Assembly: GCA_035289305.1 (NCBI GenBank)
Contig: DATDXN010000026.1
Location: 8,731-72,730, forward strand
Length of the DNA: 64,000 nucleotides
Source of the DNA: Patescibacteria group bacterium
GTDB taxonomy: Bacteria; Patescibacteriota; Microgenomatia; UBA1406; HO2-37-13b
Reading direction: 5' to 3'
The notes under the pieces are model-generated. The model searched no databases. It worked only from the letters and a program-made list of their open reading frames with translations, and was not told the origin of the DNA. This document shows, one piece after another, positions 45,728 to 55,038 of the stretch. The position numbers and the translations under genes are program-made. Numbering within the stretch: position 1 is the first letter of the stretch; each line of letters opens with the position of its first letter.

Positions 45728-46968
45728 GCTTTTTTCAAAAACTTTTCGAGAATCTTCTGCATGTATTTTATCATTTGATCCGTAATACCAGGAAATACAC
45801 CAAGCCAAAATGCGTTATTCATTACAATGTCAGCATTTTTTATTTTGTCCGCAGTTTTGTACGTAATATCTTGATATGCAGGGTGTTTAAGGAGGTTGCC
45901 AGAGAAAATATTACGCGTCCCAATTTTGTTTTTTTCCAAATACTCTGTTAATTCATTGCGGCTAAATGGAGCATCTTGACGGACAATTACTGGAAACCCA
46001 AACCAACATGGATCTTCTTTTGGGAATGTCTTCATGAGTATGAAAAATTTTTCGTATTTTTTGAAAAAAACATACAGTTTTTTGTAATTTTCTTTTCTTT
46101 TTTGGATGAAGATGGGAAGTTTCTTAAGTTGCGCCAGTCCAATTGCTGCTTGAAAATCAGTAAGTTTGAGGTTGTAGCCAATTTGTGAATAGGTATATTT
46201 ATGGTCATACCCATGGGGCAGATCTCCCAGCTTCCAACCAAATCGTTTTCCACAGGTGTTATCTCGACCAGTGTCACACCAGCAATCGCGACCCCAGTCG
46301 CGAAACTGACGAATAGAGCGATGGATAAGGGAATTATTGGTAATAACAGCACCTCCCTCTCCCATGGTGATCTGATGGGCCGGGTAAAAACTAAAAGTCG
46401 CAATATGTCCAAATGTACCAACTAATTTTCCATCATATCGAGATCCCAGTGCGTCACAGCAGTCCTCAATAACCCACAAGTTATATTTTTTTGCGATTTG
46501 TATAATTTTGTCCAAATTGTACGGATTGCCAAGCGTATGGGCAACCATGATGAGTTTTGTTTTTTTGGTGATTGCCGCCTCTATTTTGGAAACATCTATA
46601 TTGAGTGTCTCAAGCTCTGCATCAACAAACACAGGAGTCAACCCATATAAGATACCGGGATTGACGGTCGTGGGAAAAGCAACCGCTGTAGTAATATACT
46701 CATCACCCCTCCTTAGTCTTTTTTCTCCAAAAACCCGGGAGGTGAGGCTGGCAAACGCCACAAGGTTTGCCGATGAACCGGAGTTCACCAACGATATATA
46801 CTTTACTCCCAGAAACTTTTTGAAATCGCTTTCAAATTGTTTGCCAAACTCACCCTCTGTCCACCAACCATCACGTGCAACTTTTATGGCGTTATCAATT
46901 TCCTCTTGATCAAATACTTTACCTGATACGGGAATGTAGGTTGTACCTGGGATAAAATCTTTTTTCAT
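45724..46968 (-). CDS. rfbH: PMP-dependent NDP-4-keto-6-deoxyhexose 3-dehydrase, E1 type (RfbH/DdhC/AscC-like)
   Basis: DegT/DnrJ/EryC1 fold. The position of the PLP-lysine is occupied by His (SFYPAHQITMGEGG, H198). Cys171-x57-Cys229-x1-Cys231-x7-Cys239, counted by hand, equals the E1 [2Fe-2S] motif C-X57-C-X1-C-X7-C. Confidence 0.8.
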   Translation of the reverse strand: MKKDFIPGTTYIPVSGKVFDQEEIDNAIKVARDGWWTEGEFGKQFESDFKKFLGVKYISLVNSGSSANLVAFASLTSRVFGEKRLRRGDEYITTAVAFPTTVNPGILYGLTPVFVDAELETLNIDVSKIEAAITKKTKLIMVAHTLGNPYNLDKIIQIAKKYNLWVIEDCCDALGSRYDGKLVGTFGHIATFSFYPAHQITMGEGGAVITNNSLIHRSIRQFRDWGRDCWCDTGRDNTCGKRFGWKLGDLPHGYDHKYTYSQIGYNLKLTDFQAAIGLAQLKKLPIFIQKRKENYKKLYVFFKKYEKFFILMKTFPKEDPCWFGFPVIVRQDAPFSRNELTEYLEKNKIGTRNIFSGNLLKHPAYQDITYKTADKIKNADIVMNNAFWLGVFPGITDQMIKYMQKILEKFLKKA

Positions 46969-47897
46969 TTATTGAGAATTTTCTCTATTATATATTTTGG
47001 TCGTTGCTTGATCTCTTCAAAAATAATTTTTAAATATTGGGCGATAATAGTAAAACAAATGAGTTGAACTGCACCGAGGAAAAAACTTGTGAGTAGCAAT
47101 GTCTGAAAACCTTTGGGAACATGGGGATTTAAAAAGTATGAAATTGTATAACCAACAATGGCGATAATGGTTACCGTAATAGTCAAAATAGCAAGTAAAG
47201 AAATTAACTCCAGCGGCATGTACGAAAAAGAGAAAACAGCGAATATTGCCCATTTTACATTGTCAAGAAAAGAATTTGTTGAAAAACCTCTATATCTCTC
47301 TTTCCGTTCATAGGGCACACCTATACTGCGAAAACCTACCCATGCTCGCAGTCCACGTATATATCTATTTCTTTCCTGTAGTTGCTGAAAAACTGCAACT
47401 ACTTTTTTATCAAGAAGCGAAAAATCCCCGGCATCAAGCGGGATATTCACGTAAGATAGTTTTTTAAATAACCTATAAAAGAGTTTGTAAGATATTCTTC
47501 TTACCAAACTTTCGTTTCTTTTCACACGTACGCCGTAGACGATATCATATCCTTTTTCCCATTGTTTGATGAGGTCGGGGATTTTTTCTGGCGGGTCCTG
47601 CAAATCTCCATCGATGAGAACAGTCGCATGACCTGAAGCTAAATCAATCCCGGCAGTATACGCTCCTTGGGATTTATAAAAATTTCTTGAGAGAAATATG
47701 ACTTTTACTCTTATATCTTTTTTTGCAAGGTTTTCAAAAATACTATCAGACCGATCAGTACTACCGTTGTTGACGAAAATTATCTCATACTCATAGGATG
47801 ATTTGCGAAAAACAGCAATAAGCCTTTTGTACATTGGCATGATGTTGTTTTCCTCATTGTAAGAAGGTATGATAACAGATATCTTTTTTTTATCCAT
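46965..47897 (-). CDS. polyprenyl-phosphate glycosyltransferase, GT2 (GtrB/ArnC/DPM1-like), copy 1
   Basis: SVIIPSYNEENNI, VLIDGDLQDPPEKI, and two C-terminal TM helices followed by FEEIKQRPKYII. Confidence 0.8.
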   Translation of the reverse strand: MDKKKISVIIPSYNEENNIMPMYKRLIAVFRKSSYEYEIIFVNNGSTDRSDSIFENLAKKDIRVKVIFLSRNFYKSQGAYTAGIDLASGHATVLIDGDLQDPPEKIPDLIKQWEKGYDIVYGVRVKRNESLVRRISYKLFYRLFKKLSYVNIPLDAGDFSLLDKKVVAVFQQLQERNRYIRGLRAWVGFRSIGVPYERKERYRGFSTNSFLDNVKWAIFAVFSFSYMPLELISLLAILTITVTIIAIVGYTISYFLNPHVPKGFQTLLLTSFFLGAVQLICFTIIAQYLKIIFEEIKQRPKYIIEKILNK

Positions 47898-48825
47898 GAG
47901 GTTGTTTTTTTACAGCGGATACGATTCTATCAACAATAGCGTCAACTGACAATCCTAATTTCCCTCTCAAATAGTCTTGCGAACCAATATGCGTAATAAA
48001 TTCATCGTTGGTACCGAGCGAGAGAACTTTTTCGCAAAAGCCACCTGCTCGCGACAATGTTTCACACACAGCTCCTCCAAGACCTCCTATTATACTATGC
48101 TCCTCAACAGTTACCACTGCTTTTTTTCCTTGACTTACAGTGCGTACCAATTCTTCATCAAGTGGTTTGAGCGTATGCATATTGACCACTGTTGAGGAAA
48201 CGCCCAAACGCCGCAATTTTTCCTCAACAGCCAAAACAACATGCAATATCGGTCCTGATGAGAAAATCACTACATCATGCCCTTTGCGCAAGATTATTCC
48301 TTTGCCGATATGAAGAGGGAAGGGGGTCTTAAATATCTGTTTTTCATCTTTTTTGCCAATGCGCATATATACTGGCCCGCGACGGGCCAAAACTTCCTTA
48401 ACCATCAAAGAACCCTCAAGAGGATCGGCAGGGGCGACAATCGCCATGCGCGGGAGAAGACGCATAATACCCACATCCTCGAGTGCAAAATGAGTGCTGC
48501 CGAGAAGCCCGTACGATAAACCGCTTCCAACTCCCAAAATTTTAACATTGAGATTGTGATAACAGATGTCATCTCGTATTTGCTCAAAACAACGCATCGT
48601 GACAAAAGGAATAATGGAGTAGACAAACACCTTTTTCCCTGTCATAGCAAGCCCTGCAGCAATTCCCATCATGTTTTGTTCGGCCACACCGACATTAATA
48701 AACCTCCGTGGAAAATCTTTTTCTATCCCCTCGAGCACAGAATATCCTAAATCCCCCGTCAAAAAATATATCTTATCATTAGTTTTCATTAACTCGTGTA
48801 TTTTTCCAATTATTGCACCTCTCAT
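47890..48825 (-). CDS. transketolase, C-terminal subunit, copy 2
   Basis: FLTGDLGYS, FINVGVAEQNMMGIAAGLA and GSTHFALEDVGIM. Confidence 0.85.
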   Translation of the reverse strand: MRGAIIGKIHELMKTNDKIYFLTGDLGYSVLEGIEKDFPRRFINVGVAEQNMMGIAAGLAMTGKKVFVYSIIPFVTMRCFEQIRDDICYHNLNVKILGVGSGLSYGLLGSTHFALEDVGIMRLLPRMAIVAPADPLEGSLMVKEVLARRGPVYMRIGKKDEKQIFKTPFPLHIGKGIILRKGHDVVIFSSGPILHVVLAVEEKLRRLGVSSTVVNMHTLKPLDEELVRTVSQGKKAVVTVEEHSIIGGLGGAVCETLSRAGGFCEKVLSLGTNDEFITHIGSQDYLRGKLGLSVDAIVDRIVSAVKKQPHG

Positions 48826-48839
48826 ATCGCTTCTTTTTA

Positions 48840-49676
48840 CTACAACGTACGCAAAATTTCTTTTTGGACTGACGCATCAATTGACTTATAATGAGACTCA
48901 AATTTTCCTTCAAAAAAAGGTATTCCTTTGCCCTTTATTGTATGCGCGAGTATAAAGTGAGGCTTTTGCACAGGATTTTTTTTTACCTTTTCAAATACAG
49001 CAATAAGTTCCCCGTGATTATGACCATCTACTTCATAGGTATTCCAGCCAAAAGATGCGAGTTTTTTTGTTACGGGCTCAAGATCAATCACCTCTTTTAC
49101 TTCGCCATACCCCTGCATTTTGTTGGAGTCAACAATCACCACGAGATTTGACAAGAAGTGATGTGCTGCAAACATAAAAGCTTCCCAGTTTGAACCTTCG
49201 TTCAAATCGCCGTCTGATATAAGTACATATATGATACGGTCTATGCCATCATTGCGTGCGGCTATCGCATGTCCTACGCCAACTGGCAAACCATGGCCCA
49301 GAGACCCCGTCGATAGCTCAACACCCGGAACAACCGTAGTCACATGCTCTGAAAGCATCCCGCCGTTTCGATCATATGATTGCAAGATTTTCTTATCAAA
49401 AAAGCCCCTTTCAGCTAATGTCGCATAAAGGGCTGCACCGGCATGTCCTTTTGAAAGAATAAAAATGTCTCGCTTCCTGTCATCGGCATGATGAGAATCA
49501 ATAGCCAGAATGTCAAAATACAAAACTACCAAAATATCAACGATAGAAAGCGAACAACCTATGTGATGAGACTCGTGGGGAACAAGCATTTCGATGATGT
49601 TTCTCCTCACTGTGAGCGCGTTTTTTTTCAAAGCCTCGATTTTTGAAGAGTCTGTTGAAATAAAATGTTTCCTCAT
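48840..49676 (-). CDS. transketolase, N-terminal subunit, copy 2
   Basis: HIGCSLSIVDIL, SKGHAGAALY, TGSLGHGLPVGVG and ISDGDLNEGSNWEA. The start at ATG 49676 (MRKHFIS...) is preferred over 49709. Confidence 0.85.
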   Translation of the reverse strand: MRKHFISTDSSKIEALKKNALTVRRNIIEMLVPHESHHIGCSLSIVDILVVLYFDILAIDSHHADDRKRDIFILSKGHAGAALYATLAERGFFDKKILQSYDRNGGMLSEHVTTVVPGVELSTGSLGHGLPVGVGHAIAARNDGIDRIIYVLISDGDLNEGSNWEAFMFAAHHFLSNLVVIVDSNKMQGYGEVKEVIDLEPVTKKLASFGWNTYEVDGHNHGELIAVFEKVKKNPVQKPHFILAHTIKGKGIPFFEGKFESHYKSIDASVQKEILRTL

Positions 49677-49726
49677 AGTAAAAAACAAGTAATAGTGTAC
49701 AATATACATAATCTAAAGTCCACTTT

Positions 49727-50671
49727 ATGCATAATCCCGGTAAAAAAATCTCAATCGTCATTCCCATTTATAATGAGGAAAAAGTCATTCCCGAACTCAT
49801 AAAAGAACTGGCGCGGTTTGCGGCCAAACTCCCTCTGTATCAATGTGAATTTATTCTCGTTGAAAATGGATCGCACGATCTTTCGCTGCAATTGCTAGAC
49901 AAATACGCACGCCGCGACACTCGTCTCAAGATCGTTCAGCTGTCGAGAAATTTCGGCTGCGATGGCGGCATTGTTGCCGGCATGAGTTACGCGACAGGCG
50001 ATGCATGCGTGATCATGATGGCAGATCTTCAGGAACCAATATCGTTGATTAAAGAATTTATTGCCACATGGGAAAAAGGATATGATATCGTCTACGGCAT
50101 TGTCCAAAAACGACAAGGAAAATTCCTGCGCAATGTAGCATCGAAATTTTTTTACAAACTGATCAACCTTCTTGCTCCCACGAAATTTCCCGAAAACGCG
50201 AGTGATTTTCGACTCATTGATAAAAAAGTCTATCAGACTATCAATCATATGCCCGAGCAAAATAAATATTTACGAGGACTTATCATGTGGACCGGATTTC
50301 GTCACATCGGGATCCCATTTGACCGAAAAAAGCGCTTTGCAGGCGAATCAAAAGCCGATCTGAAGACGGTCATATATGTAGCCTTGAACGGTATTTTCTC
50401 ATTCTCTTATCTTCCTTTGCGGTTAGTCTCGTATCTTGGTCTTGTTTTGACTATTGTCTCTTTTGCGTTGGGTCTTTTTTATTTGTTGCTTTTCTTTATC
50501 CATGGACGAGTGGCGCCGGGAGTTGTTACTATTATTTTAATTACGTTGTTTTTATTCGGGGTTCTTTTTTTCATTCTCGGTATCATAAGCGAATATATCG
50601 CGCGCATTTATGAAGAGGTGAAACAAAGACCAAACTTTATCGTCAAAAAAACCGTGAATATAAATCCTTAA
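49727..50671 (+). CDS. polyprenyl-phosphate glycosyltransferase, GT2 (GtrB/ArnC-like), copy 2
   Basis: SIVIPIYNEEKVI, IMMADLQEPISLI, and two C-terminal TM helices followed by YEEVKQRPNFIV. Confidence 0.8.
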   Translation: MHNPGKKISIVIPIYNEEKVIPELIKELARFAAKLPLYQCEFILVENGSHDLSLQLLDKYARRDTRLKIVQLSRNFGCDGGIVAGMSYATGDACVIMMADLQEPISLIKEFIATWEKGYDIVYGIVQKRQGKFLRNVASKFFYKLINLLAPTKFPENASDFRLIDKKVYQTINHMPEQNKYLRGLIMWTGFRHIGIPFDRKKRFAGESKADLKTVIYVALNGIFSFSYLPLRLVSYLGLVLTIVSFALGLFYLLLFFIHGRVAPGVVTIILITLFLFGVLFFILGIISEYIARIYEEVKQRPNFIVKKTVNINP

Positions 50672-50689
50672 AAATCAATTCATCCTTTT

Positions 50690-53176
50690 TTATTTTCCTG
50701 ACTTCCACATTTTCAACATGAGAACCAAATCGCCAACATCAACTTCGCCATTGTTATTAACATCTGCAGCTTTTAACATAAGGACCGAGTCGCCAATATC
50801 AATTTTGCCATTATTATTCATATCTACAGTCAGGTTTTCTACATTTTTCCCTACTAGCACTTGAGACACATAGGTAATATCCGAGAAATCCACTTCACCG
50901 TCATTATTTACATCCCCTTCTAGTAAAGATTTTACATTTTTTATATACAACTTCCGGCTATCTGACCAAAGTATTTGATGAGTATCTATGTCTTCGATAC
51001 GAGCTGTGATAGTATATATCCCATCAGGAACCATTGGAGGAATAAGCGAGTAGGATGAAGTGTAAAACGTATCACCACCTGCAACGACAGCCTCCCATTT
51101 CTGATCTTCAACGTCTTTTTTCCATGGATCATCTATCATGACTCGAATATGTCTAACAGGACAAGCATAAGGATTATTATTTTTTATGAATAGAGGAAAT
51201 GTAAGCTCTAAATTATTTGTTCTGTGCGTTCTTTTTAAAATACATAAATCATTATCACAACTTATATCTTCATATAGTCCGTAAAAGCCAGGCACATAGG
51301 CGTATATATAAGCGCCCTTCTCAACAACAAAATTATCATCTACACATATGGGCTCTTTAAACTCAACATCAATTGTCCTATCATCAATATTAGTAATTGT
51401 CAAACTTGCTTTTTCATCTTGGAAACTTTGTCCCCGTCTAAGTGGTTCTGGTACTCCTCCTTTTGCATCTATCGGAACAAGAGTTAAGAGTCGCGTTGTA
51501 AGAGCTTGATTTACCCAATTAATGTGTATCCCATTACTAATTGACGCTCTTGTCTCTAAGTAATAAGTCGGGAAATTGGAGATTCCCGGACGATATATTT
51601 TTGCAACAACAGCATCTGAACTTTCAAGAGGTTGAAGAGTATATCTTCCTGATGAAGAAATGTTAATTATCGACTTGTTGAGCCATTGGAAAACTTCCTT
51701 AAAATAAGCATTAAAGTGACGTAAGGCAAACGATGCGCCCATAACATCAAATGTATTACCGTATTCATTATGTATGCAATTACCGTGCAACCCTCCTTGA
51801 TCACACTCCCAGGAGTTTGCGTGATAGACACCCAGATTATGCCCTAATTCATGGGCAAAAACAAAACTCATATTTGATCCTATTCCAAAAACGCCGAGAG
51901 ATATAAGAATATCACCATCAGAGGTAGAATAGGTGAATTTTCCCACAGTATCTGCCCAACCTCCAGAAGTATTATTATCTACTGCTCCTCCCACCATCAC
52001 TCTATCAAATTGGGAAAAATCAATGTCAGAATCAGCGAGTTTGATAAATTCTGTACTAGAGGTATTAGAAACATCGTCCCATGGATCAACATTCAAATTC
52101 TCCAGCTCATACCATCCATACACCTTACTCTTTTCTTCATCAAGCCACATTTTGCCATACGAGGTTTCTTTAAAGAAGTTTAACACGTCTCCTCGGAAAA
52201 TAATGTCTTCAATCTGTTCTTTGGAGTAATAGGGGATAAACGTACTGCCTTTGCTCCTCACAAGGATGACGGCAACGCGTTGAGGACCTGTTGCGTCGGG
52301 ACTTGCCTCTTTGAGAATTTCTATACTGGTTTGCTCTGCATTCTCCTGCGCATATGTTTGCGGTACCAGATCGAACTTAAAAAAGCCCTGCTGACGGGGA
52401 GTAACACTTGCTGAAGGGACTCTAACTGGAGCCCCACCAGATTTGCGTGGCGGAATTTGAGCGCTGATAGCGTTTCCCATTTTATACCCTCTTATTTTGA
52501 GGATGCTTCCTGAAATAAGATTGGGGAAATCTCCTACAGGATAAAAACCATAGCGCAGGGAAAGATCAGTCTTTGTTTGAATATAATAGTCAAATCGCGA
52601 TTGAGCAGGATTTTCAAAATTATCTATATGCATTACCTGTAGCTCTCCTTGTTCAATACTGATAGGAGACTCAAAATAGGAGGAAAATTCCTCACCAAAG
52701 CGAGCAATTGTGTTGAGAGATAAAACGTTTTCTAGAAAAACAAGAGGGTAAGATTTTATTGCCTCTTCCATAAGGTTTTTTCTATTAGTTACGAGTGTTT
52801 TGCGCTCGTCGATAAGGATATTTTTTATTTCAGTTTCGTTCTGTAACGTTTCATATGCATCTTGCAACTCTAGCAACTGTTGGGTAATACATTTGATTTT
52901 ACGATATAACTCGAGCGCATTTTTATCTCTAAGGATATCGCTGTTTTGAGGAAAATAAGAGAGCTTTGAATCACAACCTTTTGATGTTTTATCCTGTTCT
53001 ATTTCTTTCGCTTTTGAAAGGAGGCTTTTTTGTTGTTGATTGGAGATAATAACAATAGGAAGAAGAATAAGCAAGAAGAGAAGAAACAATAATAAAAGCC
53101 ATCCAGTACGAGATAGACGATTCATAAAAGATAATATAAAAACCAGATTATCAGGTATTAGGAAAGATTTCAACAA
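50690..53176 (-). CDS. membrane-anchored/secreted metzincin-type zinc metalloprotease with three C-terminal dockerin-like repeats
   Basis: N-terminal hydrophobic anchor (GWLLLLFLLFLLILLPIVII). HELGHNLGVYH = HExxHxxGxxH at aa 442-452 (nt 51821-51853). The C-terminus has DVNNDGEVDFSDI, DMNNNGKIDIGDS and DVNNNGEVDVGDL, which are EF-hand-like dockerin segments. The start may be ATG 53125. Confidence 0.7.
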   Translation of the reverse strand: MLKSFLIPDNLVFILSFMNRLSRTGWLLLLFLLFLLILLPIVIISNQQQKSLLSKAKEIEQDKTSKGCDSKLSYFPQNSDILRDKNALELYRKIKCITQQLLELQDAYETLQNETEIKNILIDERKTLVTNRKNLMEEAIKSYPLVFLENVLSLNTIARFGEEFSSYFESPISIEQGELQVMHIDNFENPAQSRFDYYIQTKTDLSLRYGFYPVGDFPNLISGSILKIRGYKMGNAISAQIPPRKSGGAPVRVPSASVTPRQQGFFKFDLVPQTYAQENAEQTSIEILKEASPDATGPQRVAVILVRSKGSTFIPYYSKEQIEDIIFRGDVLNFFKETSYGKMWLDEEKSKVYGWYELENLNVDPWDDVSNTSSTEFIKLADSDIDFSQFDRVMVGGAVDNNTSGGWADTVGKFTYSTSDGDILISLGVFGIGSNMSFVFAHELGHNLGVYHANSWECDQGGLHGNCIHNEYGNTFDVMGASFALRHFNAYFKEVFQWLNKSIINISSSGRYTLQPLESSDAVVAKIYRPGISNFPTYYLETRASISNGIHINWVNQALTTRLLTLVPIDAKGGVPEPLRRGQSFQDEKASLTITNIDDRTIDVEFKEPICVDDNFVVEKGAYIYAYVPGFYGLYEDISCDNDLCILKRTHRTNNLELTFPLFIKNNNPYACPVRHIRVMIDDPWKKDVEDQKWEAVVAGGDTFYTSSYSLIPPMVPDGIYTITARIEDIDTHQILWSDSRKLYIKNVKSLLEGDVNNDGEVDFSDITYVSQVLVGKNVENLTVDMNNNGKIDIGDSVLMLKAADVNNNGEVDVGDLVLMLKMWKSGK
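50711..50914 (-). repeat. in-frame tandem coding repeats (dockerin-like Ca-binding segments)
   Basis: The nucleotide units at ~50717-50770 and ~50776-50830 are visibly similar (catgagaaccaaatcgccaacatcaacttcgccattgttattaacatc vs cataaggaccgagtcgccaatatcaattttgccattattattcatatc). A third, more diverged unit lies upstream. Confidence 0.7.
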
Positions 53177-53189
53177 GTAACTTTGATTT

Positions 53190-54980
53190 TCATATTGAAG
53201 CTTCTTTTTTAGTTTTGATCGGAGGAATAATCATATTTCTGCGAAATTCATCGCGGGGTAAAAGTGGGAAAAGATCTTCAATGGGACTGCCAAATGAAAG
53301 TTTGGGAATGATTTTTTGGTCATCATTAAGGTATACATCACAAAGCACCGGTCCTCTGTGCGAAAGAACTTCTTTTATTTTTTTTGACAAATGAGTATGT
53401 GAACGAATAGAAACAGATTTTATTCCATATGCTTGAGCAATCTTTATAAAATCAGGACAAGAGTAACCCTTTCCCGTCGCCTCAAATCTTGAATCTAAAT
53501 ACATTTCCTGGAACTGTTTAATAATGCCATATCCATGATTATTAAGGATAAAAATTTTTACCGGGAGTTTATGGTAAACCAATGTTTGAAGCTCTTGGAT
53601 GTTTATTTGAAAACCCCCATCTCCATTTATACAAATTATTTCCTTTTTCCCTCGAGCAAAAGATGCACCAATTGCTGCTGGAAAGGAATATCCCATTGGA
53701 GAATTACCAAAGGCAGAAAAAAGCCTTTGTCCCTGTTTTAATTCAAACCCCTGCATAATCCATGTTAGAGTTGCGCCAGTATCGGGAATAACGATTGCAT
53801 CATTCTTTAATTCTTTCGATAAAACTTGAGCAAATACATAAGGATTTACATATTTTTTTTCTTCATAATATTGGAGAAGAACCGTTGGATATTTTTCTCT
53901 CCACGTTGCACAGTGTTTAATCCATTCAACAGTACGTGATTTATTTATCGCAGGAAATTCTTTAATGAATGCTCGTAGGAATTCTTTTGCATCCGCTTGT
54001 ATTGATACTGCAGGAGTTAAACCTCTGCGTTTATCAAGCTCGGTCTGGTCGATATCAATCATAACTATTTTAGCGGCCCGCGCGTACGTCTCTGGTTTCC
54101 CCCCTGTTTGACGTGTATCAAGTCGTGATCCGATACTAATCAGAAGATCACAATTCTGCACCGCAAAATTCGCTCCTCTTTCCCCATACACACCATGTGT
54201 ACCAATAAACAAAGAATGATTGTGAGCAAAAAGATCATAACCACTCCATGAATTGACCACCGGAATGCCTGTCAGCTTCACCATCTGATGAATTTCGTTA
54301 ACCGCACCAGCCAGTCTGATTCCACCACCGGCTAAGATAAGGGGACGTTTTGATTGTGCAATAAGCGTTAGTACCTTTTCTATTTTTGTTTTAAGTATTA
54401 ATCCAGTATCTTTATATTGTTTTTCTTTTGGGGGGATAAATTTTTTAAGTGTTGAACTTTTTATTTCTGTTTTTTGAAGATCCAAGGGGATATCAATGAG
54501 AACCGGTCCGGGGCGTCCAGTTTTTGCAATATAAACAGCCTTTTCTAGTAGAAAACGAGTATCTTCTGCACGGTCAATCTTAACAGCAAATTTCGTAATT
54601 GGGCGAACTATATCAACAATTTCTGTTTCCTGAAAACCAACTTGCCGAACCTTTGAGATACTTTTTTGTTCGTATGTATTGACCTGTCCGGTAATGAAAA
54701 GCGTTGGAATTGAATCAAACCACGCACAACAGATGCCGGTAATTAAATTTGTTGCACCGGGACCAGATGTTGTCATTGCCACTCCAAGTCCTGGACCAAC
54801 ACGAGCATAGCTTTCTGCCATCATTGCTCCTGCCTGTTCGTGAGCAACACAGATATATTCAATATCATGTCTTTTTGAAAATGCATCCACTGCAAATGCA
54901 ATAGCACCTCCGACCATTAAGAAAACATGCTTTACTTTTTGCAAAACAAGATAATCAAGAATATAATCTGCTACTTTCAT
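53190..54980 (-). CDS. ThDP-dependent enzyme, acetolactate synthase large-subunit-like (copy 1)
   Basis: 596 aa with TTSGPGATNL, a central domain, and the ThDP motif GDGGFQINIQEL...ILNNHGYG. The C-terminal tail is PIEDLFPLLPRDEFRRNMIIPP. No small regulatory subunit or other ilv genes are nearby. Confidence 0.8.
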   Translation of the reverse strand: MKVADYILDYLVLQKVKHVFLMVGGAIAFAVDAFSKRHDIEYICVAHEQAGAMMAESYARVGPGLGVAMTTSGPGATNLITGICCAWFDSIPTLFITGQVNTYEQKSISKVRQVGFQETEIVDIVRPITKFAVKIDRAEDTRFLLEKAVYIAKTGRPGPVLIDIPLDLQKTEIKSSTLKKFIPPKEKQYKDTGLILKTKIEKVLTLIAQSKRPLILAGGGIRLAGAVNEIHQMVKLTGIPVVNSWSGYDLFAHNHSLFIGTHGVYGERGANFAVQNCDLLISIGSRLDTRQTGGKPETYARAAKIVMIDIDQTELDKRRGLTPAVSIQADAKEFLRAFIKEFPAINKSRTVEWIKHCATWREKYPTVLLQYYEEKKYVNPYVFAQVLSKELKNDAIVIPDTGATLTWIMQGFELKQGQRLFSAFGNSPMGYSFPAAIGASFARGKKEIICINGDGGFQINIQELQTLVYHKLPVKIFILNNHGYGIIKQFQEMYLDSRFEATGKGYSCPDFIKIAQAYGIKSVSIRSHTHLSKKIKEVLSHRGPVLCDVYLNDDQKIIPKLSFGSPIEDLFPLLPRDEFRRNMIIPPIKTKKEASI

Positions 54981-55038
54981 ACAAGGTAATAAATACTATA
55001 CCATATTACAAAAAAGTGCGTAGCACATTATTTCATTG

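Noticed and set aside
46032-46909. 129-aa (minus, other frame), 74-aa and 133-aa (plus) ORFs within the rfbH-like gene
   Set aside because: The rfbH-like frame carries exact family signatures (His for Lys, the Fe-S Cys spacing). The competing frames have no motifs and are explained as shadows.
49895-50260. 121-aa minus-strand ORF inside GtrB-like copy 2
   Set aside because: It is antisense to a gene with a clear GT2 DxD motif and membrane anchor, and it has no motif of its own.
50711-50914. Short direct repeats that might suggest a CRISPR-like or minisatellite array
   Set aside because: There are only three diverged units and no spacers, and they are in frame, encoding dockerin-like Ca-binding segments of the protease.
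53190-54980. Interpreting the ALS-like genes as housekeeping ilvB (branched-chain amino-acid synthesis)
   Set aside because: There are no ilvN, ilvC or ilvD neighbours, two copies sit inside a glycan locus next to SDR, methyltransferase and GT2 genes, and both share a non-IlvB-looking C-terminal tail. Phylogeny is still needed to exclude this.
55010-55026. Possible intrinsic terminator after GtrB copy 3 (minus strand gtgc-tac-gcac followed by tttttt)
   Set aside because: The stem is only 4 bp, too weak to call. It may simply be part of the AT-rich spacer or promoter region upstream of the next gene.
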